Source: Eledone cirrhosa (taxonomy: Eukaryota). Taken from it: a DNA stretch of 64,000 bases. How positions within the stretch are numbered: position 1 is the first letter of the stretch; each line of letters opens with the position of its first letter. The notes under the pieces were generated by a model. The model saw only the letters and a program-made list of their open reading frames with translations. It ran no database searches and was not told the origin of the DNA. The DNA lies in contig OZ024746.1 of NCBI GenBank assembly GCA_964016885.1, forward strand, positions 83,638,001-83,702,000, written 5' to 3'. This document shows positions 25,646-39,289 of the stretch, one piece after another. Made by a program: the position numbers and the translations under genes.

Positions 25646-28600
25646 GATTATGAAAAATTATGATGCATTTGGTACAGACATCCCACAATGAGGCAATGAG
25701 AGGAAGTTCCATTTAGTATAGACAACCCATGCTGAGGCAATACAAAAGAGACAGGAGGAATCCTAATTGATGAAACAGCAATATTGAAATAAATATCTCT
25801 TGAATTTGAGGTGCAGAAAAGGTTTGAATTTAACAAGCATCATTCATTTGTCTATCTGACAGACTTCCAAATGGTTTCTAACTACCCAGTTTCATTCAGA
25901 AGGCATAGGTCAACTTGAGGCTAGGGTAAATGACACTTACCCAAAATACCACACAGTGGGTTTGAACCTAGGACCTAAAGCAAATTCCTTATCCATTCAG
26001 CCAATGAAGTTAATGTATGCATGCATGTTCCTGTAACTTCTAAAGGAGTCATGGGGTGCCATATTGACATACAGCATTTCTAGGGCATTTTAAAACCTAA
26101 TTGAGCCCAATACTCTCCAGATCTGAATACAGCAGATTTCTTCCAGAGAAGGATAGAAAGTGAGAGAATGGATGTGAAAAAGAGATATACAGGAACGTTA
26201 ATCCCACTACTTGACTGGTACTTTTTTATTGACCCTGAATGGATGAAAGGCAAAGTTGACCTCGGCAGGATTCGAACGCAGAGAACAGAGAGCTAAAATA
26301 AATACCACAAAGCATTCTATCCAACATTCTAATGTCTCTGCCAATTCGCCGCCTTAATAACCAATGCCAAAACCTCACCTAAATCAATCTTAAATATTTC
26401 ATAGTAAATGCGTGTTATATTTTGTGTCATTAGCCAAGAAATGTTAATTAATGAAAATTATACTCATAGCGAGGAGAACAGTCATTTTCTAAATGACTAA
26501 TTCTGTCAAAGAAAAGACAAGTAGAGACAACCTTGAAATTTTAATTAATTGAAATTAAATATACATACATTGCAGCAGAGGCATCAACCTGATTTGTAGC
26601 AGCTTGTGACAACTAGAATGTTTTGATCTTATTGGACTTACTTAGCAAAGTGTTTTCTAATTGCTATATCACACCTTAGAATGACCAAGGATATAGGATT
26701 TTTATAAAGGAACATAACAGTGTTATTAAAAAAAGACTGGAAAAAATACCCAAGTATTCCTGTGGCTATCATAAAAGCCAAGGTGGGTATCAGTTCCAGA
26801 GCACATTCAGTCCTTCCATATTTCCATATTCCACAGTTGTTTAGATGCAGCATGGCTGAATAGTTAAGAAGTTTACTCTACAATCATTGGGTCCTGGCTG
26901 TAATTCTGTTGTGTGGTGTGTCATTTGCCTTAGCCACGGGTCTTCATGCCTTCTAAGTGTAACTGAGTAGATGGAATCTGTTTGGAGGAAGCCTGTCTGA
27001 TGAACTGTACCTATAATTCAAAGGGCAAGCAAGCCAAGTTCACACATTGTATCATGCTGAATTTTCTTGGGAATTAGATTCAGAGTATATGTGTCTGTGG
27101 AATGTTTAGCTACTTAAACATTAATTTTATGAGCAGGCTGCTCTGTTGATCAAACAACTAGAACATTCATTGGTGAAACTGATGGAGGTTCATTCCATTG
27201 AGCAGTTGTTATAGTGTTATATTGTTGTTGTGGTTTTTTTAATTTTTTTATATTTGGTCATGAGAGAAGTGTTGTAAGTACCCTTGACCCCTTTTCAGGG
27301 TCTCTGAGACTGGTGCGTTAGAGAGAGGGAGGTGTTGTTCCACAGGGGACCTAGCTCAATTGCTTGCAACCACATGGACTCTTCTAAAATCACCCATTGG
27401 TGTTAAAATGGCTGACAGTCTGTGTACCACCCAAGTAGGTCACAGCAGCATTTGAACTCAGAACACAAAAAGCCAAAACAAATACTTTAAGGTATCACAT
27501 GTATACTTTAAGGTATCACATGTGATGCTCTAACTGTTCTGCCAATCTAGTATCTTTGACAGGTTCTTTATATTAGTGACTCTGAATGAATACTTGTGTC
27601 ACTTCAAATAATGATTTTGGTATGTAGGAAACCTTAATATATTCCGGATAGGATCAGAATAGACGGTTCATCATAAAACTTTTGTCTTGTGGCTGTAATT
27701 AGGTATGTTATAGTTTCGCTGGCTTCTCTTTGATTAATTATATCAGTATTGGCATTAGGAAGGGCAACCAGCTGTAGAAACCAAGCTAAAAACGGAATAT
27801 ATTAGCAAGACGTAGTCACTTGACCATTACCTATCTAACCCATGCAACCATGGAAAATAGATGTTAAGCAGTGATGATGATGATGAGCATATATATTTTA
27901 TTTTAAGAAGTTTTATTAGAATTGAAAGCAGATTGAGTTCCCAACCATAATTTAGATCTTTACATTTATATTTTCTAATCTAGTTTGTCTATTTATGAAT
28001 TGAAAATTACCACAAATTGTTTTGTGTGTGTATGTGTGTGAGTCATATACAGTCAGACACACATGTAGAGAAGTGGTTTGTTGGGTAGTTATGGCCTCTA
28101 TATCCAAGTGCAGTTTGTTGATTACATATCGGTGAACTATATTTAAATGATGTGCTCAGCTGCATGTTAACAAGTTACGGCCTTGATTTGAGGACAGTTG
28201 AAATTTATAATGAAGCTGCAATAGGATTCACTAGAAATGTACTTGAAAGAGCAGATTATGTTTTTCTGTTTATATTTCTCTGCCTACCTAACAATGTGTT
28301 GGTGATTTACCAAGTGAATGGCTTGATTTACTACTAGTAAATCTTCTGAAGGCTGTCTGACCTCATACAATCTATGTCAATAACTCACTGATTAAACACC
28401 ACATTAATTTCTATGATCTCCACCCCCACCCACAGACTCCCTATTTTTAGCTGAATTTTCATATATGCCAAATTCCCCACTGCTTTTATTATTTATTTGT
28501 CATCTCTTTCTCTTTTTTTTTTTATTCTCTCTGGTGTGTATGTGTATTAATACCTTACCTTCTCTCACTTCAAGCTTTTGTTCTTAGTGTAACCTAGTCT

Positions 28601-28664
28601 CTCCAACCCTACAGCTGCTCCAAATCTACTCTGGCCAGTGCTCACTTCTAAGTACCTTCACCCC

Positions 28665-29250
28665 ACCCCCACTGCTACCTTAAACCTAACCATACCCTCA
28701 CTACTTCAACCCTGCCCTAACTAACCTTACCCTCACTGCTGCCCTAACTTTACCCTCACTACTGCCCTAACCTTACCCTCACTATGCCATAACCATACCC
28801 TCACTCTGCCTTCACTACAGCCCTAACTCTACCTTACTCCTGCTTTAACCTTACCCTCACTCTTGCCCCAACCATACCCTCACTCTTGCCCTAACCTTAC
28901 CCCACTACTGTGATAACCATATCCACACTCTTGCCCTAACCATACCCATACTCCTGCCCTAACCGTACCCACACACCTCCCCTAACCGTACCCACACTCC
29001 TGCCCTAACCGTACCCACACTCCTGCCCTAACCGTACCCACACTCCTGCCTTAACCTTACCCTCACTTACTGCCCTAACCTTACCCTCACTACTGCCATA
29101 AACCTACCCACACTACTGCCATAAACTTACCCACACTACTGCCCTAACCTTACCCTCACTCCTGCCCTAACTTTACCCACACTATTACCCTAACTTTACC
29201 TGCACTATTGCCATGACCTTATCCACACTCCTGCTATAACCATACCCTTG
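28665..29250. repeat. Telomere-like 23-bp minisatellite
   Basis: Unit CTCCTGCCCTAACC(G/T)TACCC(A/T)CA, roughly 24 degenerate copies, each with CCCTAA or a variant. Confidence 0.85.
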
Positions 29251-29731
29251 TTGATATCCCCCTCCTGGGTTATTCTCCCCCCCCCCCCCCTCTAGTCGAT
29301 GTCCTCCTAATCCTATATTCAAGTTTTACTTGTCTTCTACTCAGTTACTCTCCAGACCCCTTCGCTGCACTGCTCTTTTTCTCTCACTCTCTCCTCTTCC
29401 TTCTTCGTTTGTATCCCTCCCCCCTTTTCTATGTCTTCTCTGTTTCTCATCTCTATCTCCCATATCTGTACTCACTCTTCTCTTTCATCCTCTTCTATAT
29501 AAGTATGTCTGTGTATGTGTGTCAATAGAAATGTGTGTGTGTGTGTATGTGTGTGTGTGTGTGTGTGCGTGTGTGTGATATACATGTATGGCACAGATGT
29601 ATATACATGTACATGTACACTTTCACTCAATCCTTTGATACACACTCTCACTCTCTAGTCACTTACACACATACACACAACATCACTCTACCCACTGACA
29701 CACACACACACACACACACACAGACAGACAA

Positions 29732-29950
29732 CACCACTACCCACTGACGTATATACACACACGCACACACAGCATCACTCTTCCCACACTCACAGCACCA
29801 CTACCCACTGACGTATATACACACACGCACACACAGCATCACTCTTCCCACACTCACAACACCACTACCCACTGACGTATACACACACACGCACACACAG
29901 CATCACTCTTCCCACACTCACAGCACCACTACCCACTGACGTATACACAC
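29732..29950. repeat. 64-bp tandem repeat (~3.4 copies)
   Basis: CACCACTACCCACTGACGTATA starts at 29732, 29796, 29860 and 29924. Confidence 0.9.
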
Positions 29951-30166
29951 ACATTACCAACTGTTTGAATGATTAGATATTGATTCACCTACCTTTGTTG
30001 AAATGTTAGATTGTAATGATTTTTACACACATGTATATATGTATGTGTATAAATATATATAATATACACACATATACATACATACATGCATATCTATACA
30101 TATTCATACATACACAGACACATAGATAAACATGCAAATACATACATGCTAATTTATATATATGCA

Positions 30167-30212
<46 letters not shown>

Positions 30213-32099
30213 CTCACATTCACATGGAAATATTACCTGGAATGCTATTGCACTGCTGTAATTGTTGTTGTTGTTGTTTTATGTGTTTCGTTCTCCATCT
30301 GAAATGAAAATGGTGTGGCAGTAGCTGTTCTATTTGTGGTGGGTCGTTCTGGTGTATTTCTTTATGTAGTGAATTGCAGCCAATTTACCATGGGCTTCAC
30401 AGTCCCCCTCTCCCTCTCTTCCTTCTCTTTCTTTTTCTCATTTCTCTCCTCTCCATGCTGTAGCTCTATTTTCGGCCTTATTTCAATCAAGTATTGTATA
30501 CCTGGCTTTAGCCTCTTTTATATTGTATTATCAAGAATGCCTCAGCTTTTTGTTTTTGTAATTCATTTGACTCCATTATATTACTGTGATATGAAAAGTT
30601 GAATCATGAGAAGTCAAACTGAACATAAGAAATGAAACATTTCATTCAGTTTTCTTTTCTCTTTGACACATGCCCTCATTCTCCTCTGGTGGGACCAGTG
30701 TCTCATACATCATCTTCATCATATGTCCATTTTCTTCCATGCTAGCATGGGTTTGACAGGTCTCTCAAACCTTGTTATCACATTGTCATTCATTATGTGG
30801 CACATACAGCAACAGGGGTGAGTGGGGGTCATGATGTAGCTTGTTGCGTATGCTGTTATTTTGACATGGATTCCACAGCTGAAAACCCTTTCTAACACAA
30901 ACCCCTTCCCAGCATGGACTGAGGGTGTTTTTTTTTTAAAGTTGTTCCTGACAAAGCAAGAGTTTTCCCCTAACCTTATGTAGTGTCTAGTCATACCTCC
31001 CTTATTGGCATGTTTTTTACAGCTGGTTTTAAATCATCGTTGTCATGAAGTATGCTTTCCCATGTTGGCTTGATGCCAATCCATATTTTCCTTTATAAGT
31101 ATGATATATACCACTCATCTTTGTTGACCACTATGTTGCAAGATGTATTGTTTATGTGGGACTTAAGCAAATGTTGCTGGTGTGAAAATGCATGTAAACT
31201 GACACACACACAGTGGGCTTTCTTGTAGTACATGTCTATCAAATTTTCTCGTAAAGCATTTGTCGGCTTGAGACTATGGTAGAAGTTACTTTCCCAAGAT
31301 GCTATGCACAAGGGTGACTACAAAGTGAGCTCCTTAACCATGTGGCCAGACCTGTGCCTAAAAAAATTCACTTTAAAAATTTGCTGAATCGTAACTGTGA
31401 GTTTCATGTTACCAATTATTCAAATTATATATAGTTGAAGAAAAATAGAATGTTATGTTGTTTCTTTCTAAATGATATGAGAAGTATAAGTGAAATGAAA
31501 CCAGATTGTGGACTTGGTTCTATAGGAGATTGTCTTTTATGCTGGCATTCACCAGTTTTATATCACTATTAAAGCAAGTGTTTTAAGGCCATTTTCCATG
31601 TTAAAGAAGAGGAAAGCAATAATTTGTAATAAAAACAGAAGACCAGAGGTTTTGGTAGAAGGCTACAGGTGATTATGTCGACTGCTCCCTCTTCCAGAGT
31701 CTATAAATAAAGTGTCACTTCTTGCTTGATACTTTAATTATAGACCCTGGATGATGAAAGGTAAAGTTAGCCTCAACACGATATAAAGAGATGTAGTTAA
31801 ATGTCATGAGGCCTTATGTTCGACACACTACCAATTTTCTTAATGTACTACACTCAGTTTGAATAATAATAATAATAATAATAATAATGGTTACTAATTT
31901 AGACACAAGGCCAGCAATTTGAGGAGAAGGGAAAGTTGATTATATTGATCCCAGTGATTGACTGCTACTTTATTGACCCAAGAGGGATATATTACGGATA
32001 CATACTTTTAATAATCGATTTTTAGCTTAGAAATGTAAAGCAGAAAAATAGATTCTGTAAAGCTGTTTTCACCATCTATAATGATTTATTAGTAACAAT

Positions 32100-32330
32100 A
32101 ATAAACAGAAGTGGATTGAGGACTGCACCCTGGTGGACTCCCATCTGCACTTCAAATTCATCACTGTGCTCATTGCCAAATCTCATTTTGCTAGTTGTAT
32201 GTCTGTACATGGCTTACACAGCCCTCACAAGATATTCATCTACACCTAGCTTCCTTTGTGCCTACCAGATTACAAAGCTGGGGACCTTGTCAAAGGCCTT
32301 CTCCAAATTTACAAAAGGTATTTTAGTTCT
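32100..32330 (-). mobile_element. RTE-clade RT fragment
   Basis: Minus strand FVNLEKAFDKVP..IW..RKLGVDEYLVRAV..MY..SDEFEVQMGVHQGAVLNPLLF. Confidence 0.8.
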
Positions 32331-35300
32331 GTTACTTGGAAATATTCCACGATTGGCTAAGTTGGTAATGTGCTAGAGTGAGCAATATATCACCAATGTA
32401 GCAATATATCAGTGGCCGTGACATCGAGCTCTCACTAATCAAAACCACCCAGCAAAAAGAGGATACTGCCTGTGGTTATAATTCACAGTTGTTTAACCCT
32501 AGGTTGGGTCTCATTGAGCAGATCAATGGCCAAAGGCATTTTAGTTGTGTCCATCTCATTGTTTTTTCAGATACACTATATAAGGAACTACATTATCCAA
32601 TGTGTTCTTTCTCCTTGTAGATGTTGAAGTGATATGATTGAGATTTGGCTGCTATTTCTTGAATGAAAGTATAGAGGCTCTGTCATTGGAATTGAAGAGT
32701 ATTTCTGGGGTTTGTAGTGCTGAGTTCAGTTGAAATTCCACTTGCAAGAAAAGCTATCTGTTGAAAGGACAAACTTCAAGGTTTTAAAAATGATTTAATC
32801 AGAGCTGAAAGAGCAGTACCTGAGACCTTTCTGCATGTCTTCTGAAACTGAGAGAGCCCCGAGACAATATCAATGTTTACAACAGAGTGACTGTTAATAG
32901 TACTCAAGGACCAGATAGTATCCCCATGTTAAACCAGTAAATGGATCAAGTCTACCACTTTAGCACAGTTTCTATAGATCCTTATGACTCTGAGAAAAGA
33001 TTGGTTTCTTATTCAGAAATGAGATGCAGTGAACCATTGTAAAGCATCATGTCCAACTAACTCATCATGTTATATTAATTCTTACACATACTCAGTCTTT
33101 ACAGAGAAAGCTGAAAAGCTTGATAGTGCATTACTTAGTTTTCACTTGAATTCCTGGATCGGGTTGTTACCTTACAGTTCAAAGCTCATTTTTTGTAAAG
33201 ATTAATAACCAATTCTTCTGCTTGGTTTGTTCAAATAAAACGGTTGTATTCTAGTGGAAAGACTAAATTATTAAGCAACTAATTAGGGGCAGGAAGGAGA
33301 ATTGGTACCCTTGCTTTCACTTTGAAGATAATTGAAAAGTGGTAACTATTCTTCTGTAATAAAAGCAGTAAATCACTCCCCACCTCACTTTAACACAGAA
33401 GCCGGGAAATGGTTAAAGAAAACCAAGCACATACACACACACAAGCGCGAGTGCATGCACACGTAATTTAACGCTCACTTTTGTGTGAATTTTGAAAAAA
33501 CAAATCTTACCAATTTATAGTTAAGAAAGGAAAAAAAAACCTCCAAACCTTTCTCATGTGTCTAAAGTGCTAAAAGCACTAGTGTGATTCCATTTAATAT
33601 GGTTAAAAGCATTTGACTGGTTAAATATTGATTTTCTGTTGAATTGCTCAATCAGAACAATCATTGATATAAGTATTTTTAAGATCACTGTTACTTTATT
33701 GTGTGGTAAATTTTGCCTTTTATTTCAAGAGCTTTTTAACTCTCCAGTGTTACTAATTATTATTATTTTCTAGTTAATATCTATTTTCTGTGTTAGTATT
33801 AATGTGTAGTTTTCACAAAATTTGGACTTGTGCATATTGTTAAAGCAATTATTGTTGCAGTTAGTTACTGCTAACAGCTGCTAACCACTCGACCTTGAAA
33901 TAGTTGTCAGGCAGACCAGGCAACTAGACTTAGATGCTTTGTCTCTAAGCACCTCATAATAGATTCATTACTTGATACTGTTATCATAAACTTGGTCACC
34001 TTCAGGCAGAATAGTTTGTAATGTTTTTTTTTTATCAGATAATCCATGTTAATACAGATTGGATATTTCTGCAAATTTAGATATTTGTTTCATCAAAATT
34101 GTTGTTGAGAGTCCAGTAAAATTTGATTGAGCACAACTATTGCACAGAAGTAGCTAATTAAATGCTTAAGAGCAAACCATGAGGTCAAGTACTCCAGATG
34201 TGACCTACTTCAGTCTAAGACCATATTGTACATGTAGTTGTTGAATCCTATATACTTTGTAATGGCAATGTCACCTTTACTCAATTATCAATGGTGTTGA
34301 ACAAATTCAGATGAACAATGAGCTTTCCAATGGGTGTAAACATTATGTCCATGTCACTGACCTTTACTAATTCAGTCATTATTCTGTTACCTTGTGCAAT
34401 TTGGAATTTTTTAAGTTTTCGATAAGTAATTAATTTAATTTAATATAACATATTAATTAACGACAACTCTTTGGTTGTTGACATCCAATCATACTTAAGA
34501 TTTCATTCTGTTCCTTTATTTTGCTTTGAATAATTTCTTTTTGCTGAATATTAGTGTAGCCATTAAGACTCCTCTGTTTCCTGTCTGTGAAAACTGAAGC
34601 TGGAGAAAGAATTATTGAGTAAATACTATTTTTATGATAGTTAAGACTTGAAAAGGATGGAAAGCTGAGGTTTTTTTTCCCCTCTCTTGAATTAATAATT
34701 CCACAACCAACACATACTCTCTCTGTTTGCTATTTCTTTCTTTACCAAAATGACTAATTAATCCCTCAGCTAAAATATCAAGGGTGCAAGAAAGCAGATA
34801 GGTGTGTGTGTGAAAGAGGGGAAAAAGGCAGGGGATTATTTTGGGGTATTTGGATTTTTCTTTGAAATCAGCTGTATTGGTATTCATATATATTTCATTC
34901 TTTCACAACTTTCCGTGAGTAAGACCAATAGCTAAACCAGAGACATTTGTAATACATAAAAGTAGATAATATTGGAGCTTTGTCACACCTGAGTTGCTTC
35001 ATTTCATCATCATCATTTAATATCGATGTTCTATGCTTGCATGGTTTAGACAGGCTGTTCCATATTGAGGCCGGACTGGACAGGTGACTACATCTTGCTT
35101 GAATGTTCTGTTTTTGGCACCAGCATTACCACCTTACAAGGTGGAGTGGGTGTTTTTTATTGTGGCATCAGCACTACCACTTTACAGTGTGGGGTCAGTG
35201 CATGTTATCAAGGCACCAGCAATATCTCATTCGTCATTTCCATGTAAACTTGCAAAGATATGTGCCACCTAAATTGTGGGGATTAATATGAAAAGTACAG

Positions 35301-36604
35301 CATGATGCCAAGAACACTTTATTTGCTGATCTGAAATTGAATTGCAGCTTAACCCAAAATACTCTTGTGTCTTAACTTGTCTCTGCTGTGACTTTTTGCG
35401 TTTACTTGTGCCACAAAGACTTCTTTGCAAGCCAAGCTTTGTAGGGCATATTCTTTGCTCGGATGGTGGTCTTTGACCTCTTGATTGAACTCAGGTGTCC
35501 TCTTGCTACCTAGCATCCCACCAAGACACTTTCATGCACAGCATTAACAGCTGACACAACCATTGTTAATTTCACATGAAGATATTCGACTGTCAATATC
35601 ATTTTTTATCTTACGTTTTTTTTACTATTTTTTTTTTGCCAAAAGAAATATAACTTCGAAAATATTATTTGAAATTAAAATATCATTTTTGTAGGTTTCT
35701 TTCTAAATATTTTGAATGAGTTTTTGCTGTGTGATTGAAACATCGTCAAATTAGAGTAAATAGGCAGAAAGGGCTGAGTGAAACTTGCTAAGGTTTATCC
35801 TTGTTGAAAATTATGGAAAGGAGGCTTTTGACAACAAACGAAGCCTTACCAACCAACTTGCTAATCGATGATTGGCTGGCTCTCTTTCCATAAACCACCA
35901 GAATGACAGGTCTACATTTTCTGTTCAGTATAGAATATCAGAGAGAGAGATAGAGTGTGTATTTGTTCTTCAGAGATGTTGCTTCATTACGGAAGTGACC
36001 TGTAATAAATTGCACAGTAACAGGGGAACTGATACAGCTGTCTTATCCTAGGGAGAAGAACTATGCTAGCCCCCCCCCCCCCCTCTCAATATAGCACCCT
36101 CTCCTGGTTTTCATTTGGAGATTATATGTAACTTTTTATATCCGTGTTGTGGTTTCTGTGCTTATGTTGTTATTATTAATATTGCTCTCATGTCGATTGA
36201 TCTACTTCCGCACTTCGTTTACTTTTTTTCTTTGTCTACAAACATGTAAGCAGCTGTTTCCTAAATGTTGTTGTTTATAATTGGCAAAATCGGTAGATCG
36301 TTGAACTACATTCCTTGTGGTATTTACTTAATGTTCTGAGTTAAACACCCGCAAAGGTGAACGTACCCTTATATCCTTCCTCAGTTACTCAAATAAATTT
36401 AATCGAGTTCTTTTATCCTTTCTTGATTGCTCAAATAAATTTCAGCGAGGTACTGTTTCTTTCTCCCAAATGTTTGACTTAATCGTCTGTTAAAAATCTC
36501 CAGACAACGACTGAGTCTCTACAGACTAGTTTGAACTGCTAGATGTAGCAGCGAAATTATCCTTAAATCACACCCACTGCAAATGACGATGGTACACACA
36601 CACA

Positions 36605-36715
36605 TATTAGAGAGTCGGGCTCGACTCTCTCTAATAGAGTTACACTCTATTATCCCAAGTATCGAGTACTCTGCCTTACTAATATAAAACTGGTAAAATC
36701 TTGATATCTCTCTCC
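36605..36715 (+). mobile_element. Minimal inverted-arm + 79-nt tail element
   Basis: Hairpin TATTAGAGAGTCG..CGACTCTCTCTAATA (36605-36636). Tail 36637-36715 shares ACTCTA.TA.CC.AAGTAT.GAGTACT with the 15974 and 39288 tails. (TA)n follows. Confidence 0.55.
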
Positions 36716-36788
36716 ATATATATATAAAATTTCAGGTTATCAATAATGTAGTGATAATATATCGTTACGTTAGAGATGAACAGCGTAC

Positions 36789-38609
36789 GTGCAACCCTTA
36801 ACACCAGCTATACCATCCTTCAACCTGAAGGACCACAAGGTAAACTTCGATACTAACCCTAATATTAGACTTATATGCCCCTCTAAATCTGATATAGGTA
36901 AAATTAGCAAATATATACTAGACAGAATTATCCCCCAAGTTAAGGTTAAAGTAGAGATTAAACTATGGGGTAACACTCATGAAGCAATAAGATGGTTTAA
37001 TAACATTACTGATAAGAAAAAATCAAAATTTATTCAGTTTGATATTGATGAATATTATTCCTCAATTTCACCTGATACTCTACATGAAGCTCTTTCGTTC
37101 GCTAAGGATAATTCCGACCTTACGGATGCTGAAATTAAAATTATTATGGAAGCGAGAAAAACTATAGTTAAATTCGATGATAGCTACTGGGTTCGCAAAG
37201 ATAGACCTTCTAATTTTGATATCACTATGGGTTCTAATGATTCGGCGGAAGTAACAGATCTTGTGGGAATTTATATCACCCACAGATTACAAGGAAAATT
37301 CAAGGATCTCCACGGTGGAATTTACCGTGACGATGCGCTCCTATTAGTTAAGAATATGAATAACCAGAATTTAGAAAGGATGCGTAAAAATATCAGAAAA
37401 CTTTTTAAAGAACTAGGATTAAATATTACATTTGAATATAACCTCAAAGAGGTCAATTTCCTTGATGTTACTTTCAATCTCAATACAGATACGATTAAAC
37501 CGTTCCATAAACTAAATGAGAACCTTAAATATGTAAATACGAGTTCTAACCATCCACTCTCTATAATTAAATCCATCCCTAGAAATGTTTCTCTTAGAAT
37601 CTCCCGCCTATCGTCCAACCAACAAACCTTCAAAGAACATGCCGAGTATTATGATGATGCACTTAGGAAAGCCGGTCACCTAGATAATATAGAGTATATA
37701 GTCAATGATCACCAAAACACCCAAAATAAATCACATAGGAGTAGAAATAGCACAGAATCACCACCATACATACACTACCGCAATAGACACAATAATAGTC
37801 GCACACCACCAAACAGAAGGCGATGTAAGGAGTATATCTGGTACAACCCGGTCTATAACAAATCTATTAAAACCAATCTACCCACAAAATTCTTTCGATT
37901 AGTTAGAAAACACTTTCCAACATCACATAAATATAATAAAATCTTAAACCCTAACACCATCCGACTTTCATATTCAACCGCCCCTAATATTGAACAACAT
38001 ATAAAAATGCTTAACGCAAAACGGTTGTATAAACGCCTTCCAACACATAACAATACACGTAAAACATTAGCTATAACATCACAAAACAACAAACAACATC
38101 CTGTCCTGCATAAGCAACCTCATCAACCCATCCATGGCAATACAACAACGCAAAATTGTAATTGCAACTGTGTCCAACCAGGAATGTGTCCGTTGAACAA
38201 TCAGTGTCTTGAACGCAACATCGTATACAAATGTACTATCGAATCGGATAGACAGAAGTGGTACTATGTGGGATCTACAGCCACCTCCTTTAAATCACGC
38301 CTTTATAGACATCGTTATTCGATAAAACATGAAAACCAGCGTTATGTAACAACACTCGCAGACAAGGCTTGGCAGCTGCGTGAAAATAACCAACAATTTC
38401 ACCTAAAATGGGATATAATAGCGGCTGCCCCCCCCCCCCCCCCCCCCCCATATTCCAATGGACAGGAATTTTGTAAATTATGTAATGTAGAATTATTTTG
38501 TATTATGAAATCCAAAAACATTTTATTAAATAACAGAATAGAGCGATCGTTATACTGTAACCATCGCTTAAAATCTACATTTTCATATTATAAATACTAC
38601 CAGGATTGA
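36789..38609 (+). CDS. Penelope-like RT + GIY-YIG endonuclease (Naiad clade), N-terminally truncated
   Basis: LKDHK..RLICPSKS, QFDIDEYYSSI, MGSNDSAEV, catalytic YRDD, VNFLDVT, IWYNP..KHFP, CNC..CPL..C, GIY-YIG variant IVY..YVG..FKSR..H, terminal CKLC..E..LN..CNH. The GTG start is only the ORF boundary. Confidence 0.92.
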   Translation: MQPLTPAIPSFNLKDHKVNFDTNPNIRLICPSKSDIGKISKYILDRIIPQVKVKVEIKLWGNTHEAIRWFNNITDKKKSKFIQFDIDEYYSSISPDTLHEALSFAKDNSDLTDAEIKIIMEARKTIVKFDDSYWVRKDRPSNFDITMGSNDSAEVTDLVGIYITHRLQGKFKDLHGGIYRDDALLLVKNMNNQNLERMRKNIRKLFKELGLNITFEYNLKEVNFLDVTFNLNTDTIKPFHKLNENLKYVNTSSNHPLSIIKSIPRNVSLRISRLSSNQQTFKEHAEYYDDALRKAGHLDNIEYIVNDHQNTQNKSHRSRNSTESPPYIHYRNRHNNSRTPPNRRRCKEYIWYNPVYNKSIKTNLPTKFFRLVRKHFPTSHKYNKILNPNTIRLSYSTAPNIEQHIKMLNAKRLYKRLPTHNNTRKTLAITSQNNKQHPVLHKQPHQPIHGNTTTQNCNCNCVQPGMCPLNNQCLERNIVYKCTIESDRQKWYYVGSTATSFKSRLYRHRYSIKHENQRYVTTLADKAWQLRENNQQFHLKWDIIAAAPPPPPPPYSNGQEFCKLCNVELFCIMKSKNILLNNRIERSLYCNHRLKSTFSYYKYYQD

Positions 38610-39078
38610 ACGCCTGTCTCTATCCCCGTTTGATTGTCAAAATAGATATGAACATTCTTTATTAGTCTTAATTCTATCAACTCTTCCATTATTTACCTTT
38701 TAATACAAACTGCTATAGATAAAATGAGATTTCTGATTTTTTGATTCAATTCCCTAGTGGAAATACCAGCTGACTACTAGCATTGATGTTATTTAGTAGC
38801 AATCGAAATCTCCCCCTTCCCCAATTGACACTTTATGATTAATACTACTGCACCAAATGACCAGCCCTGTCCACTGTCCAGTTGGTCAAGTAGAGATTAA
38901 AATCGGCACTCCCAAAATTCTTATTTAGATTTACTCATGGTATTCTCATTAAAAACCCATTATATACTTGTTTAGCAGTAAATTATTTTACCATCTGTCA
39001 TATTCTATCCCCTCTGTTCCTTCCTCTTTTACTAATATAAATACTTCAATTTTTCTGATTTTATCCAGTTTATCCAAA

Positions 39079-39196
39079 ATCTCTGAAGAAGTGACAACTG
39101 ATTATACATTTGCTATCGAATACTTGCTAACATTATATGATTACGCAAGCAGCGATACATAGGTATTCGGTCTGTTACAGAAACATATGTCAATAC
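39079..39196 (+). ncRNA. Putative degenerate type I hammerhead in the Naiad 3' region
   Basis: CTGAAGA (39083-89), long stem II GTGACAACTGA/TCGGTCTGTTAC, GAAA (39180), palindromic stem III ACATATGT, GUC. Stem I does not pair unless a G was lost after the cleavage site. Confidence 0.5.
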
Positions 39197-39245
39197 CTAA
39201 TAAATTCCTTTTTTAACAAAAGCACTTTCATTTTATATTCATCCT

Positions 39246-39287
<42 letters not shown>

Positions 39288-39289
<2 letters not shown>

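Larger units (their letters stand above)
36727..39248 (+). mobile_element. 5'-truncated Penelope-like retroelement (Naiad-type) between (TA)n tracts
   Basis: ORF plus ~640-nt 3' region with a hammerhead-like motif and AATAAA (39199). (TA)n at 36716-36726 and 39249-39287. Confidence 0.85.

Noticed and set aside
36777-39080. Selenoprotein Naiad (UGA read-through + SECIS)
   Set aside because: The only in-frame TGA codons are at the 5' truncation boundary (36777) and the terminal stop. Conserved Cys are TGT/TGC, and I saw no convincing SECIS by eye.
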